Shown: positions 49,889-62,166 of the stretch, piece after piece
Layout of the letters: each line of letters opens with the position of its first letter
Numbering within the stretch: the first letter of the stretch is position 1
From: Octopus sinensis
Lineage: Eukaryota
Assembly (NCBI RefSeq): GCF_006345805.1
Contig: NC_043020.1
Span: 14,136,001 to 14,200,000 of the forward strand
Length of the DNA: 64,000 nt
Direction of reading: 5' to 3'
Notes under the pieces: model-generated
Told to the model about the DNA's origin: nothing
What the model saw: the letters and a program-made list of their open reading frames with translations, nothing else
Database searches by the model: none
Made by a program: the position numbers and the translations under genes

Positions 49889-50919
49889 ATATACTTGATA
49901 GTAGTTTACCAAATAAAGTACCAGTTATGCACTGGGGTCAATGTAACCGACTTAATCCCTTTGTCTGTCTTTGTTTGTCCCCTCTATGTTTAGCCCCTTG
50001 TGGGCAATAAAGAAATATATATACTTGATAGTAGTTTACCAAACCTAAAAATTTGATGTTCATTGGGGGAAACATATTCCGTATTGCCATCGCCCTTGAT
50101 GGGTCTGGGCTTCATCCTCTTTTGTCAATCACTTAACCTAAATATTTGATTTTTATCATCAAATATTCGCACTTTTCCTGTTAGTCTAAACCTGTACTCA
50201 CTTATTTTTCCAAATACTTTTTTAATATGTTTGAAGTCTTGCTCCACTGACTCACTCTTTAACAAAATATCATCAAGATAACCAACAGCAAAGTTGCAGT
50301 CATTTAACATTGCATCCATCACTTGTTGGAATATGGCGGGGGTGCCATTTTTACTCCAAAAGGAAGCTGCTTGAATTTATACAATCCACAGTGTGTGTTG
50401 ATTCTTAAAAGGTGTGCGCAATCTTCTTCTACTTGTTTCTGTAGATAGGCCCCCGAGAGGTCTAACTTCAAGAAACTTTTTCCTCCATTTAGTTTTGAGA
50501 ACACTTCTTCTGGGTTTGGTAATGGATAATTGTGTTTGACTAAACAGTCATTTAATCCAGTTGAAAAGTCCGCACACACTCTTAGTTTATTATTATTTTC
50601 TTTACATAACCCGTCAGGACTGCCCAGTCTGAATAGTCAACTTTTTCAATTATATCAAGACTCTCTAGTCTTTCCTGCTCTTTATTCACGTGGTCTAATG
50701 CCACAAACGGCACATTCCATTTGGGCCTAAAAATGGGTGTTGCCTTTTCTTTTATCGTGATCCTCAATTTTGTTGTAGTACAACAGCCTAATCCTTCCAA
50801 AAAATCATTTGGAAACAATTAAAAAATTTTTTAGTCTCAGTTGTTTGACTTCATTCAAATTTCGACTGCACCAACTACATTTTCAAAGAGCACACTAATG
50901 GGGGTATCCCACATTTTAA

Positions 50920-51142
50920 CCCTTTCGTTACCAACCCAGCTGAAACTGGCTCTGGCTCTGTAGTACAAATGTCTTGTTTTCATGAGTTTCGAATTAAAAT
51001 CTTGCACCAAACCTTAGTCACAGTTTATCTTCCTAACACTAGCTTAATGATAACTAAGTTATTTTACTAAATTCTTTGTTATATTTAAAATTAATTGAAT
51101 GAAACACCAGAGCATCTCAAAATAAATACAGTAACGAAAGGG
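50920..51142. mobile_element. piggyBac-type MITE (P1) nested in gypsy
   Basis: TTAA TSD and TIRs. Confidence 0.9.
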
Positions 51143-51393
51143 TTAAATAGCACCTTGAAAAGTTACATTGCAAATACATTCGCCGATGAAATATAACCTT
51201 TTTCCTGCAAAAAACACCATATGCTACTTTATTTAATTTAAATTAATTTCAGCATTGCAAATACATTCGTCGCTGAAATATAATTTCTTTCCTGTAACAC
51301 CATATGCTACTTTATTTGATTTAAATAATTTCAGCTTATTGATTTGTTGCCTTGTTTCTTCATTTATGATAGTGATGTGAATAAAATGATGGA

Positions 51394-51635
51394 TCATCAT
51401 CATCATCATCATCATCATCGTTTAGTGTCCGCTTTCCATGCTAGCATGGGTTGGACGGTTCAACTGGGGTCTGGGAAGCCAGAAGGCTGCACCAGACCCA
51501 GTTTGATCTGGCAATGTTTCTACGGCTGGATGCCCTTCCTAACGCCAACCACTCCATGAGTGTAGTGGGTGCTTTTTACGTGCCACCGGCACAGATGCCA
51601 GACGATTCTGGCAAACGGCCACGATCGGATGGTGC
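51394..51635 (-). mobile_element. Family B 3' end nested in the gypsy protease
   Basis: CAT tail and conserved body. Confidence 0.9.
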
Positions 51636-51735
51636 AATGTTAAATGACTGCGACTTTGCTATTGCTTATCTTGATGATATTTTGATAAAGAGTGAGTCAG
51701 TGGAGCAACACTTCAAACAACACTTCAAACATATA

Positions 51736-51898
51736 GGCGCAGGAGTAGCTGTGTGGTAAGTAGCTTGCTAACCAACCACATGGTTCCGGGTTCAATCCTA
51801 CTGCGTGGCATCTTGGGCAAGTGTCTTCTGCTATAGCCCCAGGCCGACCAATGCCTTGTGAGTGGATTTGGTAGATGGAAACTGAAAGAAGCCTGTCG

Positions 51899-51943
<45 letters not shown>

Positions 51944-52140
51944 CTGTGTTTGTCCCCCTAGCATTGCTTGACAACCGATGCTGGTGTGTTTACGTCGCTT
52001 AGCGGTTTGGCAAAAAGAGACCGATAGAATAAGTACTGGGCTTACAAAGAATAAGTCCCGGGGTTGATTTGCTCGACTAAAGGCGGTGCTCCAGCATGGC
52101 CGCAGTCAAATGACTGAAACAAGTAAAAGAGAGAAAGAGA
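51736..52140 (+). mobile_element. Family A SINE, full length
   Basis: Complete. Confidence 0.9.
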
Positions 52141-52369
52141 GATATTAAAAAGTATTTGGAAAAATAAGTGAGTACCTGTGTCTAATTGCATTTTGACACT
52201 AGTGGTTTTGATTCTCACCTTGATGAATTTTCTGTTCATTGTATAAATTTTTTTCTCTGATGACAAACTATATATTTTTTTTCATTTGGTCCAATTTTTT
52301 GTCATCTTAGTTCTGCAGTGTGATTTAATGTGTCCTGTGTTCCCACAGCAAAAACACTTCACTTTTGTT

Positions 52370-52503
52370 CTTTTATTCTTTTACTTGTTTCAGTCATTTG
52401 ATTGCAGCCATACTGGAGCACCACCTTTAGTCAAACAAATCGACCCCAGGACTTATTCTTCGTAAGCTTATTACTTACTCTATCAGTCTCTTTTGCCAAA
52501 ATG
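52370..52503 (-). mobile_element. Family A SINE 3' part
   Basis: Tail portion only. Confidence 0.8.
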
Positions 52504-52654
52504 CTACGGAGAATTATAATTGTCACTAAATGTGAATAGAGTATTAAGAAACACCTACATTGCTAGAAATATGAGCTAAAATGCTCTAATGCAATAGTTA
52601 ACACACTCTAATAACATTTAGTGGCAATTATAATTCTTCTTTTTGGTGAAAACC

Positions 52655-53757
52655 TGTTGAACTGAGTGAAATCGTACTCATGGCCAATGCCATTGCTGTC
52701 TGACTAGCACTTGTGCTAGTGGCATGTAAAAAACAGCATTCGAGTGTGGCCGATGTTAGTACCACCTGATAGGTACCTGTGCCAGTGGAATTAAAGAGGC
52801 ACCATCTGAGCATGGCCAATGCCAGTGCCACCCGAGGGTCATGCAAAGAGAACACTTTGAGTGTGGCTGATGCCAGTGCCACCTGACAGGCAAGCCATGC
52901 CGGTCACATGTAAAATGCATAATTAAACTGTAGTCGATGCCAGTGTCACCTGACTGGCACCTATGTTGGTGGCACATAAAAAGCACCATTCGAGCATGGC
53001 CAATGCCAGTGCCATCTGACTGGTACCCATGCTGGTGGCGCATAAAAAGCACCATTCGAGCATGGCCAGTGCCAGTGCCATCTGACTGGTACCCATGCTG
53101 GTGGCACATAAAAAGCACCATTCGAGCATGGCCAATGCCAGTGCCATCTGACTGGTACCCATGCTGGTGGCCCATAAAAAGCACCATTCGAGCATGGCCA
53201 GTGCCAGTGCCATCTGACTGGTACCCATGCTGGTGGCCCATAAAAAGCACCATTCGAGCATGGCCAGTGCCAGTGCCATCTGACTGGTACCCATGCTGGT
53301 GGCCCATAAAAAGCAACCATTCGAGCATGGCCAGTGCCAGTGCCATCTGACTGTACCCATGCTGGTGCCCATAAAAAGCACCATTCGAGCATGGCCAGTG
53401 CCAGTGCCATCTGACTGGTACCCATGCTGGTGGCCATAAAAAAGCACCATTCGAGCATGGCCAATGCCAGTGCCATCTGACTGGTACCCATGCTGGTGGC
53501 TCGTAAAAAGCACTATTCCAGCATGGCCAATGCCAGCACCACCTGACCGGCTCCTGTGCCAGTGACATGTAAAAGTACCCACTACACTCTTGGAGTGGTT
53601 GGTGTTAGGAAGGGCATCCATCTGTAGAAACTTTGCTAAATCAGATTGGATTTTGGTGTAGCCTCCTGGCCTGCCAATTCTCAGTCAAACTATCTAACCC
53701 ATACCAGCATGGAAAGTGGACATTAAACAACAATTACGATGATGATGATGATGATTA
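52655..53757 (+). mobile_element. Family B RTE-type 3' end with an expanded 66-bp minisatellite
   Basis: agcac(c)att at 52982, 53048, 53114, 53180, 53246, 53312, 53377, 53443 and 53509; GAT tail. Confidence 0.9.
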
Positions 53758-53762
53758 TATAT

Positions 53763-53938
53763 GTGGCTGTGTGGTAAGCAGGTCGCTTACCAACCACATG
53801 GTTCCGGGTTCAGTCCCACTGCGTGGGACCTTGGGCAAGTGTCTTCTACTATAGCCTCGGGCCGACCAAAGTCTTGTGAGTGGATTTGGTAGACGGAAAC
53901 TGAAAGAAGCCTGTCGTATATATGTGTGTATATATATA

Positions 53939-53995
<57 letters not shown>

Positions 53996-54209
53996 TGTGT
54001 GTATTTGTGTGTCTGTTTGTCCCCCCAACATCGCTTGACAACCGATGCTGGTGTGTTTACGTCTCTGTAACTTAGCGGTTCGGCAAAAGAGACCGATAGA
54101 ATAAGTACTAGGTTTACAAAGAACCAGTCCTGGGGTCGATTTGCTCGACTAAAAGCAGTGCTCCAGCATGGCCACAGTCAAATGACTGAAACAAGTAAAA
54201 GAGAAAAGA
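53763..54209 (+). mobile_element. Family A SINE
   Basis: Complete body and tail. Confidence 0.9.
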
Positions 54210-55631
54210 CAATATATGATGAAGGGGAATATTCTTTATGTTGCATGTCTCGTTTCTTTGTTTTTATCATTGTTCATTTTCTATGTTTTTGTTTTTTTGT
54301 TTTCGTTCCTTATTGTGCTCAATGTTTTTTGATGTCCTGTATCCATATATGCATGTCTATATATATATATATGTAGGTATGTACATATATGTATGTTTAT
54401 ATGCATATATTTATATATTATTTATATTATTATATGATCAAATGCCACGCATCCTTTTCCAATCTCTTCTCTGTCTACCTCTCTCCCTCTCTTGTTCTTC
54501 ATCCTTTCTGGTTTTCTCTCCCAGCCTTCCCTATTCTTCTCCACTCCCCTTCACTGTTCCCTCTTTTTCACTCTTCCTCCTTGACTCTCTCGTCGCTGAC
54601 ACATGACGAAAGGGAATCTATCTTTCTGTCCATTTCCTTCCTAAAGACAAGACATGCTTATACATGTCTCCTCTATAGCTCGTCCTACTTCTGGAAGACC
54701 CTTGTCTGGTAACAGGACTTTGCACCATGCCACACAAGCAAGAGAACAATTTTAAAAACTTTAGTAACAGTCTTCCACCCGGGTTTCGAAACCACAACTC
54801 CAAATCACCATACAAACACCAGTTGTTGATGTCACCTACTTCTAGTCCAATGAAATTTTACAAACACCAGTTCTGATGTCACCTAACTCTAGACCAATCA
54901 AAACTGAACTTTAGCAAATACAACAAAATGGCCCTTTAAGAGAATCAACCAACCAGAATGACTGATGACCTTTCCCCACAGGGAAGCCAACCAGGCAGAA
55001 CAACAAACTTGACCACTGGGAAAACAAGACATCACCAGTACTTTAACGAATCAAAAATCAGATCTGCTTGTGGAATAAATTATAAATATAACTAATTCCA
55101 AAACATACTGCTACAAGCGAAAGTGTCTACGGGAAGAAGATCAGAGAAACTGTAAACCAAATTCCTTCCTTTTTATTTCCCTTTTAACTCAGTATGACTG
55201 AAACTTTGATGATATTCATTTCTTGTCGATCACTACTAACATTAACGAGGTTTGTACATTAAAAAAAGATTGATGCACAGTTTTAATATTATTGACTGTT
55301 ATGAACATTTAAACTTGTCAACATCGAAATTTTTGAACATGTTTTTCTAATTCATAATTTTAAATTTGTCTCTTATGAACATTTTAATATGTCAACATTG
55401 AAACATTTTAATTTGTCAACGTTGAAACTTTTAAAGATGTTTTCCTAATTCATAATTTTAAACTTTTACCATTGATAAATAAAAAATATTGTTGAAACTA
55501 GTTTCGGATATATGTAAATAAATGTATCTTAAACAATTACAAGTTTCCCAAATTTAGGTGCATTTTCAACAACAAATTTGCCTATGTTTTTTCCTGTGGA
55601 AACACCTTCCTCTTTTGTTATATATATATAC

Positions 55632-55705
<74 letters not shown>

Positions 55706-55709
<4 letters not shown>

Positions 55710-55945
55710 GAGGCACGTGGCTTAATGGTTAGGGTGTCAACATCATGATCGTAAGATCGTGGTTTCGTTTCCTGGACATTGTGTTCTTGAGCAAAATACT
55801 TCATTTCACATTGCTCCAGTCCACTCAGCTGGCAAAAATGCGTGATGCTGTGATGAACTGGCGTCCCATCCAGCTGGGGAACACATACGCCATTGAAACC
55901 AGGAAACCAGGCCCATGAGCCTGACTAGGCTTTAAAGGGGTGCAT
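55706..55945 (+). mobile_element. Family C-related SINE (variant 3' half)
   Basis: gtggaggcacgtggcttaatggttaggg head and ttcttgagcaa core. Confidence 0.7.
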
Positions 55946-55971
55946 TTATTTATTATTATTATTATTATTAT

Positions 55972-56475
55972 ATGGCCGATGCCAGCGCCGCCTTGACTGG
56001 CTTCCGTGCCGGTGGCACGTAAAAAGCACCAACCGATCGTGGCCACTGCCAGACTCCCCTGGCACGTAAAAAGCACCCACTACACTCACGGAGTGGTTGG
56101 CGTTAGGAAGGACATCCAGCTGTAGAAACACTGCCAGATCAGACTGGAGCCTGGTGCAGCCTCCAGGCTTCCCAGACCCCAGTCGAACCGTCCAACCTGT
56201 GAAAGCGCGGAAAACGGACATTAACCCTTTAGCATTTAAACCGGCCATATCCGGCCAAAAGTATTCTGCCTGTTTTATGTTCAAACTGACCAGATCTGGT
56301 CTCTCACACCAACCCTACAATATCGTTCTAGAAATTAACAGCTGCCTCATCAAAATCTCATAGCTACAGGATAATGCATGATTAGTTCAAAACAATGAGG
56401 ATGAAGAAGCATTAATTTTGGCAGAATAATGCGAACACTAAAGGGTTAAATGATGATGATTAAACGATGATGATA
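55972..56475 (+). mobile_element. Family B 3' end interrupted in its tail by a piggyBac-type MITE
   Basis: Conserved body; the GAT tail resumes after 56449. Confidence 0.85.
56225..56445. mobile_element. piggyBac-type MITE (P2)
   Basis: TTAA|CCCTTTAG...CTAAAGGG|TTAA. Confidence 0.9.
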
Positions 56476-57033
56476 TATGTATATATGTACATGTGTACAC
56501 AAACATACACACACACATTTATATAAGTGTGTGTGTGTACATAGTAGTAATTGTAATGATAATCACATTGTCTTGACACGTGTTAAGGTCATCCCTACAA
56601 ATTCCCTATAGAAATCATTACCAGCACTGGTTATGTGACAATACTTACACTGTAAACAATCAATGAGATCGAAGATGAAAGGGATGAAAACGGAAATGAC
56701 AAAAGACTCGTCTTGCCATTGTTTTATTGACCGTCTGGTATTCTGCCAAAGAAAAGACTTAAAAATAAATACAAAAAAAAAAAACATATAGGTACACACA
56801 TACACACATAAACACATGCATGTGCACACACTCACATACATGCATACACACATACATACATACATATACACACACATTTATACATCCATTCATATATACC
56901 CACATACCCACATATACACATACACAAAGTTGTTTTCAGTTTGAATATGCCAGTGACATGTTCAGACTTGTAAACAGGCCATTCATTGTGTTTTGTCATG
57001 GAGAAAATTTCTCGTCGTAGGCAAATGGATGCT

Positions 57034-57217
57034 GGAGTGGCTGTGTAGTAAGAAGCTTGCTTTCCAACCACAAGGTTCTGAGTTCAGTCCCACTGCATAG
57101 CACCTTGGGCAAGTGTCTTCTACTATAGCCTCGGGCCAACCAAAGCCTTGTGAATGGATTTGGTTGACAGAAATGGAAAAAGGCTCGTTGTATATATGTG
57201 TATATGTGCGTGTATAT

Positions 57218-57253
<36 letters not shown>

Positions 57254-57483
57254 ATATTTGTGTGTCGGTATTTGTCCCCCCACCCACCATCGCTTGACAG
57301 CCAATGTTGGTGTGTTTACATCCCCGTAACTTAGCGGTTCGGCAAAAGAGACCAATAGATTAAGTACTGGGCTTACAAAGAATAAGTCCTGGCATTGATT
57401 TGTTCAACTAAGGGCGGTGCTTCCACATGGCCGCAATTAAGTGACTAAAACAAGTAAAAGAATAAAAAAAAAATAAAGAATAA
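57034..57483 (+). mobile_element. Family A SINE
   Basis: Complete body and tail. Confidence 0.85.
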
Positions 57484-57528
57484 AATGGCGTAAATACATC
57501 TAAATAAGCTCCAAGCACCGCCCATCCT

Positions 57529-58117
57529 GAAATTTTCTCCATGACAAAACACAGTAAACGGCTTCTTATTCAAGTCTTAATTCGTCGCTCACATGTTCAA
57601 ACGCATAATACCTTGGATTTATACACATCGCTGCTTAGCCTTCCCACTCTGTAATTTAATTATGATGAACCAATAATTAGCTCTACAAGCTGACGTTTTT
57701 CTCTTTCTCTTTTCTCTTTTACTTGTTTCAGTCATTTTGACTGCGGCCATGCTGGAGCACCGCCTTTAATCGAGCAAATCGCTCCCGGGACTTATCCTTT
57801 GTAAGCCCAGCACTTATTCTATCGGTCTCTTTTGCCGAACCGCTAAGTGACGGGGACGTAAACACACCAGCATCGGTTGTCAAGCAATGCTAGGGGGACA
57901 AACACAGACATACATATACTCTTTTACTCTTTTACTTGTTTCAATCATTTGACTGCGGCCATGCTGGAGCACCGCCTTTAATCGAGCAAATCGACCCCGG
58001 GACTTATTCTTTGTAAGCCCAGTACTTATTCTATCGGTCTCTTTTACCGAACCGCTAAGTGACGGGGACGTATACACACCAGCATCGGTTGTCAAGCAAT
58101 GCTAGGGGGACAAAGAC

Positions 58118-58164
<47 letters not shown>

Positions 58165-58925
58165 ATACATATATACGACAGGCTTCTTTCAGTTTCCATC
58201 TACCAAATCCACTCACAGGCATTGGTCGGCCCGGGGCTATAGCAGAAGACACTTGCCCAAGATGTCACGCAGTGGGACTGAACCCGGAACCATGTGGTTG
58301 GTTAGCAAGCTACTTACCACACAGCCACTCCTGCGCCTGTTGACTGGAATAATACAAGAGAGACACAGTCTCTTTTATTAGCTCACAGCACCACCATTTG
58401 GTGGTCTGTGACTGAAGGGGAAATAAAGTCCCTGAAATGGTTGCATTTCACAGTTTACAGAGGTGGCACTGTGAGCTAATTTAGCTGAAGTTACACCATT
58501 TGTGAGAAATTTTCTCCATGATAAAACACAGTGAATGGCTTGTTTGCAAGTCTAAATGTGCCGTGAACTTGTTATAACATTGCATTTATACACATCACTG
58601 CTCAGCGGTTCCACCCCGTAACTTAATTATGATGAACTGTTGATTAGCTCTACCAGCCGACGTGTGTTGACTGGAATAATGTAAGAGAGATTGTCCCTTT
58701 TATTAGCTCACAGCACCACCATTTGATGGCGCTGTGACTGAAGGGGAAATAATTTCTCTGAAATGGTTGCATCTCACTGTGTGGATAGGTGGCGCTGCGA
58801 GCAAATTTAGGTGTATTTATATCATTTGTCTATAGCGAGAAATTTTCTCCATGACAAAACAATGGCTTATTTACAAGTCTGAACATGCTGCACACATATT
58901 TGAACAGGTAATAACATTGCACGTA
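57529..58925 (+). repeat. Diverged ~335-bp tandem repeat (about 2.3 units) interrupted by SINEs
   Basis: gaaattttctccatga at 57529, 58506 and 58839; periods 336 (after removing a 641-bp SINE insert) and 333. Confidence 0.8.
57698..58337 (-). mobile_element. Family A SINE with a tandemly duplicated 3' half
   Basis: Tail-to-mid segment at 57698-57912 is repeated in the full copy at 57917-58337. Confidence 0.9.
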
Positions 58926-59387
58926 TACATATAAGCATACACACATTTACATACATATGTACACATACACACATATACATGTGCACGCACACATACACAC
59001 ACATATATATATACTTACATACATACAAGCATGCACACACATATACATACACTAATACATACACGCATTCACATATACACATACAAACACACATAGACAT
59101 ACATATACATACATACATACAAACATACACACACATATACATACATACATACACAAATGCATACATGCATACTCATGCACATATGCAAATATATACACAT
59201 ACATACACAACTACATATATGCATACACATATGTACATATACATACATACATACACATACACATGCGTACATACATGAATACATACACACATATCCATAT
59301 GCACATATACACACATATACATACACATACACATACATATATACATATATAATATATATATATAATATATATATATATATATTATAT

Positions 59388-59430
<43 letters not shown>

Positions 59431-59450
59431 GAATACATACATGCATACAC
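58925..59450. repeat. Compound (CA/TA)n microsatellite
   Basis: Dinucleotide tracts. Confidence 0.95.
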
Positions 59451-59453
59451 ATA

Positions 59454-59874
59454 GGCGGCTGGAGTGGCTGTGTGGTAAGTAGCTTGCTAACCTACCACAT
59501 GGTTCCGGGTTCAGTCCCACTGCGTGGCATCTTGGGCAAGTGTCTTCTGCTATAGCCCCGGGCCGACCAATGCCTTGTGAGTGGATCTGGTAGACGGAAA
59601 CTGAAAGAAGCCTGTCGTATATATGTATATATATATATATGTATGTGTGTATGTGTTTTTGTGTCTGTGTTTGTCTCCCTAACATTGCTTGACAACCGAT
59701 GCTGGTGTGTTTACGTCCCCGTCACTTAGTGGTTCGGCAAAAGAGACCGATAGAATAAGTACTGGGCTTACAAGGAATAAGTCCCGGGGTCGATTTGCTC
59801 GACTAAAGGCGGTGCTCCAGCATGGCCGCATTCAAATGACTGAAACAAGTAAAAGAGTAAAAGAGAGTAAAGAG
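59454..59874 (+). mobile_element. Family A SINE, full length
   Basis: Complete. Confidence 0.9.
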
Positions 59875-59922
59875 TATATGCACACATATACATACACACA
59901 TACACATAGACACACATAAATA

Positions 59923-60886
59923 TTAGGTTGTTCCAAAAATAATGGCTGCTCTTAGTGTTGTGTTTTGAAACGCAATTTTATCAGAGTATTTTAATTATAT
60001 TTTAGGTGAATTTTGACATACTTAATAATTGATGTATGCTCTTTAATAATTTTCTACTTATTTCAGACAGAAAACATTCGTGAAGCATAGGAGACCTTAA
60101 TTATGAACATGACAAGAAAGGACCTTCGCTTATTTTTCTTGCATGAGTTCAAGCTTGGGCACAATGCCTCCCAAACTCCTGCCAATATCAACAGAGTATG
60201 GGGAGAGGGGTCCACAATTGATTGCACAGTACAAAGGTGGTTTCAGAAATTCCATAGTGGTGATGAAAGCCTTGAAGATGAAGAAGGTAGAGGATGGTCA
60301 TGCAATCTTGACAGAGAACAATTGAAAGCAATTGTTGGACAAAACCCATGTCAAAGTGTCAGAGAAATGTCTCAGGCACTTGGTGTTGGTATTGCAACAG
60401 CCTCACGCAATCTGCAGAAGATTGGTAAGGTAAAAAAGCTCAGTAAATGGGTACCGCATGGGATCAATGAAAATCAAGAAGTTTGGCGTTTTGAAGTGTG
60501 TTTGCTGCTCTTTCTGTGAAACACCAATAATCCTTTTCATGACCGAATAGTCACTTATGACGAAAAGTGGATGCTTTATGATAACCGTAAACAATCAGGT
60601 CAATGGCTTGATCGTGACAAGTCCCTCAAACATTTCCCAAAGCCAAAGTTGCATCAACAAAAGATTATGGTGACTGTCTGGTGGTCTGCAATTGGTGTTG
60701 TTCATTACAGTTTTCTGGAAGCCAATCAGAGCATTACAGCAGAGGTTTACTGCAATGAACTTGCTGAAATGCATGCTCACTTGCAAAAAATGAAACCTGC
60801 GTTGGTGAATTGGCATGGTCCAATTCTGCTCCATTATAATGCAAAGCCACATGTTGCAAGAATGACGCTGAAGAAACTCACAGATA
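59923..60886 (+). mobile_element. 3'-truncated Hsmar1/cecropia-like mariner
   Basis: TA|ttaggttgttccaaaa TIR; FLHEFKLGHNA, VQRWFQKF, SKWVPH, IVTYDEKWMLYDN, KIMVTVWWS, LHYNAKPH. One in-frame stop at 60517-60519; SPDLAPSD region absent. Confidence 0.92.
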
Positions 60887-62045
60887 ATGGCACTACAGGG
60901 GATTCAAGAAAAACTAGTGATAGACACCCATTTAGAAGAACACACTAGTATACCAGTAAGAGAGTTGATGGAAATGTTGACCTTCTGTGTAGAAACTACC
61001 TATTTCAGTATGGACACTGATATATATTGACAAGAAGAGGGTTCGCCATTATCACCGATAATCGCCAATATATACATGGAACACTTTCAGAATTTGGCTT
61101 TAGGATCAACACCACTAAAACCAACCCCATGGCTGTGATATGTTGATGACACCTTTATACTCTGGCCTCACCAGGAAGATGTCCAAGTGCTGTTAGATCA
61201 TGTGAACTCAAAAAAGCCATCCATACAGTTCACAATGGAAAAGGAAAAAGACAATCAGCCAGCATTCCTGGACGTATTAATAACACACACCAAGTATGGA
61301 TTCAGGACATCCGTATACAGCAAGCCGACCTTCACTGGACGATACCTTGACTTCAATTTCCACCTTCCATACAGTGTAAAGAGAGGGATTGCTCAGTGCC
61401 TAAAACATCGAGCAAAGAATATAAGTAGCGGTTGTGGTACTCACCACAAAGAAATGATCAAGCTCAGTAACAATCTATTAAGCAACAACTACTCCAAAAA
61501 CATACTATCTATTCCAATTATGAAGAAAAGAAAGGATGAAACTGATAAACTGTCTACAGTCTGTCTACCCTATGTGAAAGGCCTCTCCAAAAAGATACAA
61601 AAGATATGTGGCCCATATAACATCAGGACAGTATTCAAGAGTAATACAACACTTTGCAAATAGCTCCTTCAGGTAAAAACCACCAATAGAAGAGAATATG
61701 ACCAAAAACTGCATGTACTCCATCCCATGAAGCTACTGTAGGTTATACAAAGGCAAAGCATGCCGCCCCCTCAAAATAAGGGTAGAGGAACATCGCAAAG
61801 CTGTGACATGAGGAGATATTGATAAATCGGGTATAGCTGATCATGTATGGGAAAATGGAGACCACCTCCCCCTGTGGGATGAAGTTAAAATAATAGACAG
61901 AAAACACCACTGGAAAATATAAAAACTAAAAGAAGCAGCACATATGCTAGGACGCAATAACCTCCTAAGCAGACCGAGTGCAGATATGAATAGCATATAG
62001 GAACCAGTATTAAGGAAGGATAGGAAAATATTAGATTTATAAGCC
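60880..62045 (+). mobile_element. Decayed Penelope-like element (RT + GIY-YIG)
   Basis: GSPLSPIIANIYMEHF, YVDDTF, IQFTMEKE, FLDVLI, VYSKPTFTG, RPLKIRVEEH, SGIADHVW, KLKEA. Confidence 0.92.
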
Positions 62046-62063
62046 CTAAAATTCACTTCATAT

Positions 62064-62166
62064 GGCATAGTAGTTAAGAGTGCAGGCTACTAACCCCAAG
62101 ATTTCGAGTTCGATTCCAGGCAGTGACCTGAATAATAATAACAATAATAATAATAATAATAATAAT
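62064..62166 (+). mobile_element. Short tRNA-derived SINE with (AAT)n tail
   Basis: ggcatagtagttaagag A-box-like and gagttcgattcc B-box-like motifs, no paired acceptor stem, AAT tail. Confidence 0.65.

Larger units (their letters stand above)
49135..52370 (-). mobile_element. Decayed Ty3/gypsy gag-pol remnant with five nested insertions
   Basis: CCHC knuckle CFCCGNTGHIKSHC (~52340), protease LDTG (~52180), RT PIFRPKWNVPF / CADFSTGLN / LPFGVK / YLDDIL, connection FLGLVNYY and LKKDAKWFWSEKCQKAFEELK, RNase H start THFD..LATDA. An 87-bp internal duplication lies at 51168/51255. Confidence 0.9.

Noticed and set aside
52756-53621. 270-, 232- and 176-aa repeat-protein ORFs; CRISPR-like regular spacing
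   Set aside because: A 66-bp tandem unit inside a retroposon 3' end. There are no unique spacers and no cas genes, and the host is eukaryotic.
54960-54995. ctgatga...gaag hammerhead-like string in an LTR-like segment
   Set aside because: GAAA is absent and there is no stem I/III. The surrounding 54.5-55.2 kb may be an LTR, but termini and TSD were not found.
62064-62128. tRNA gene
   Set aside because: No paired acceptor stem and directly followed by an (AAT)n tail; SINE-like.
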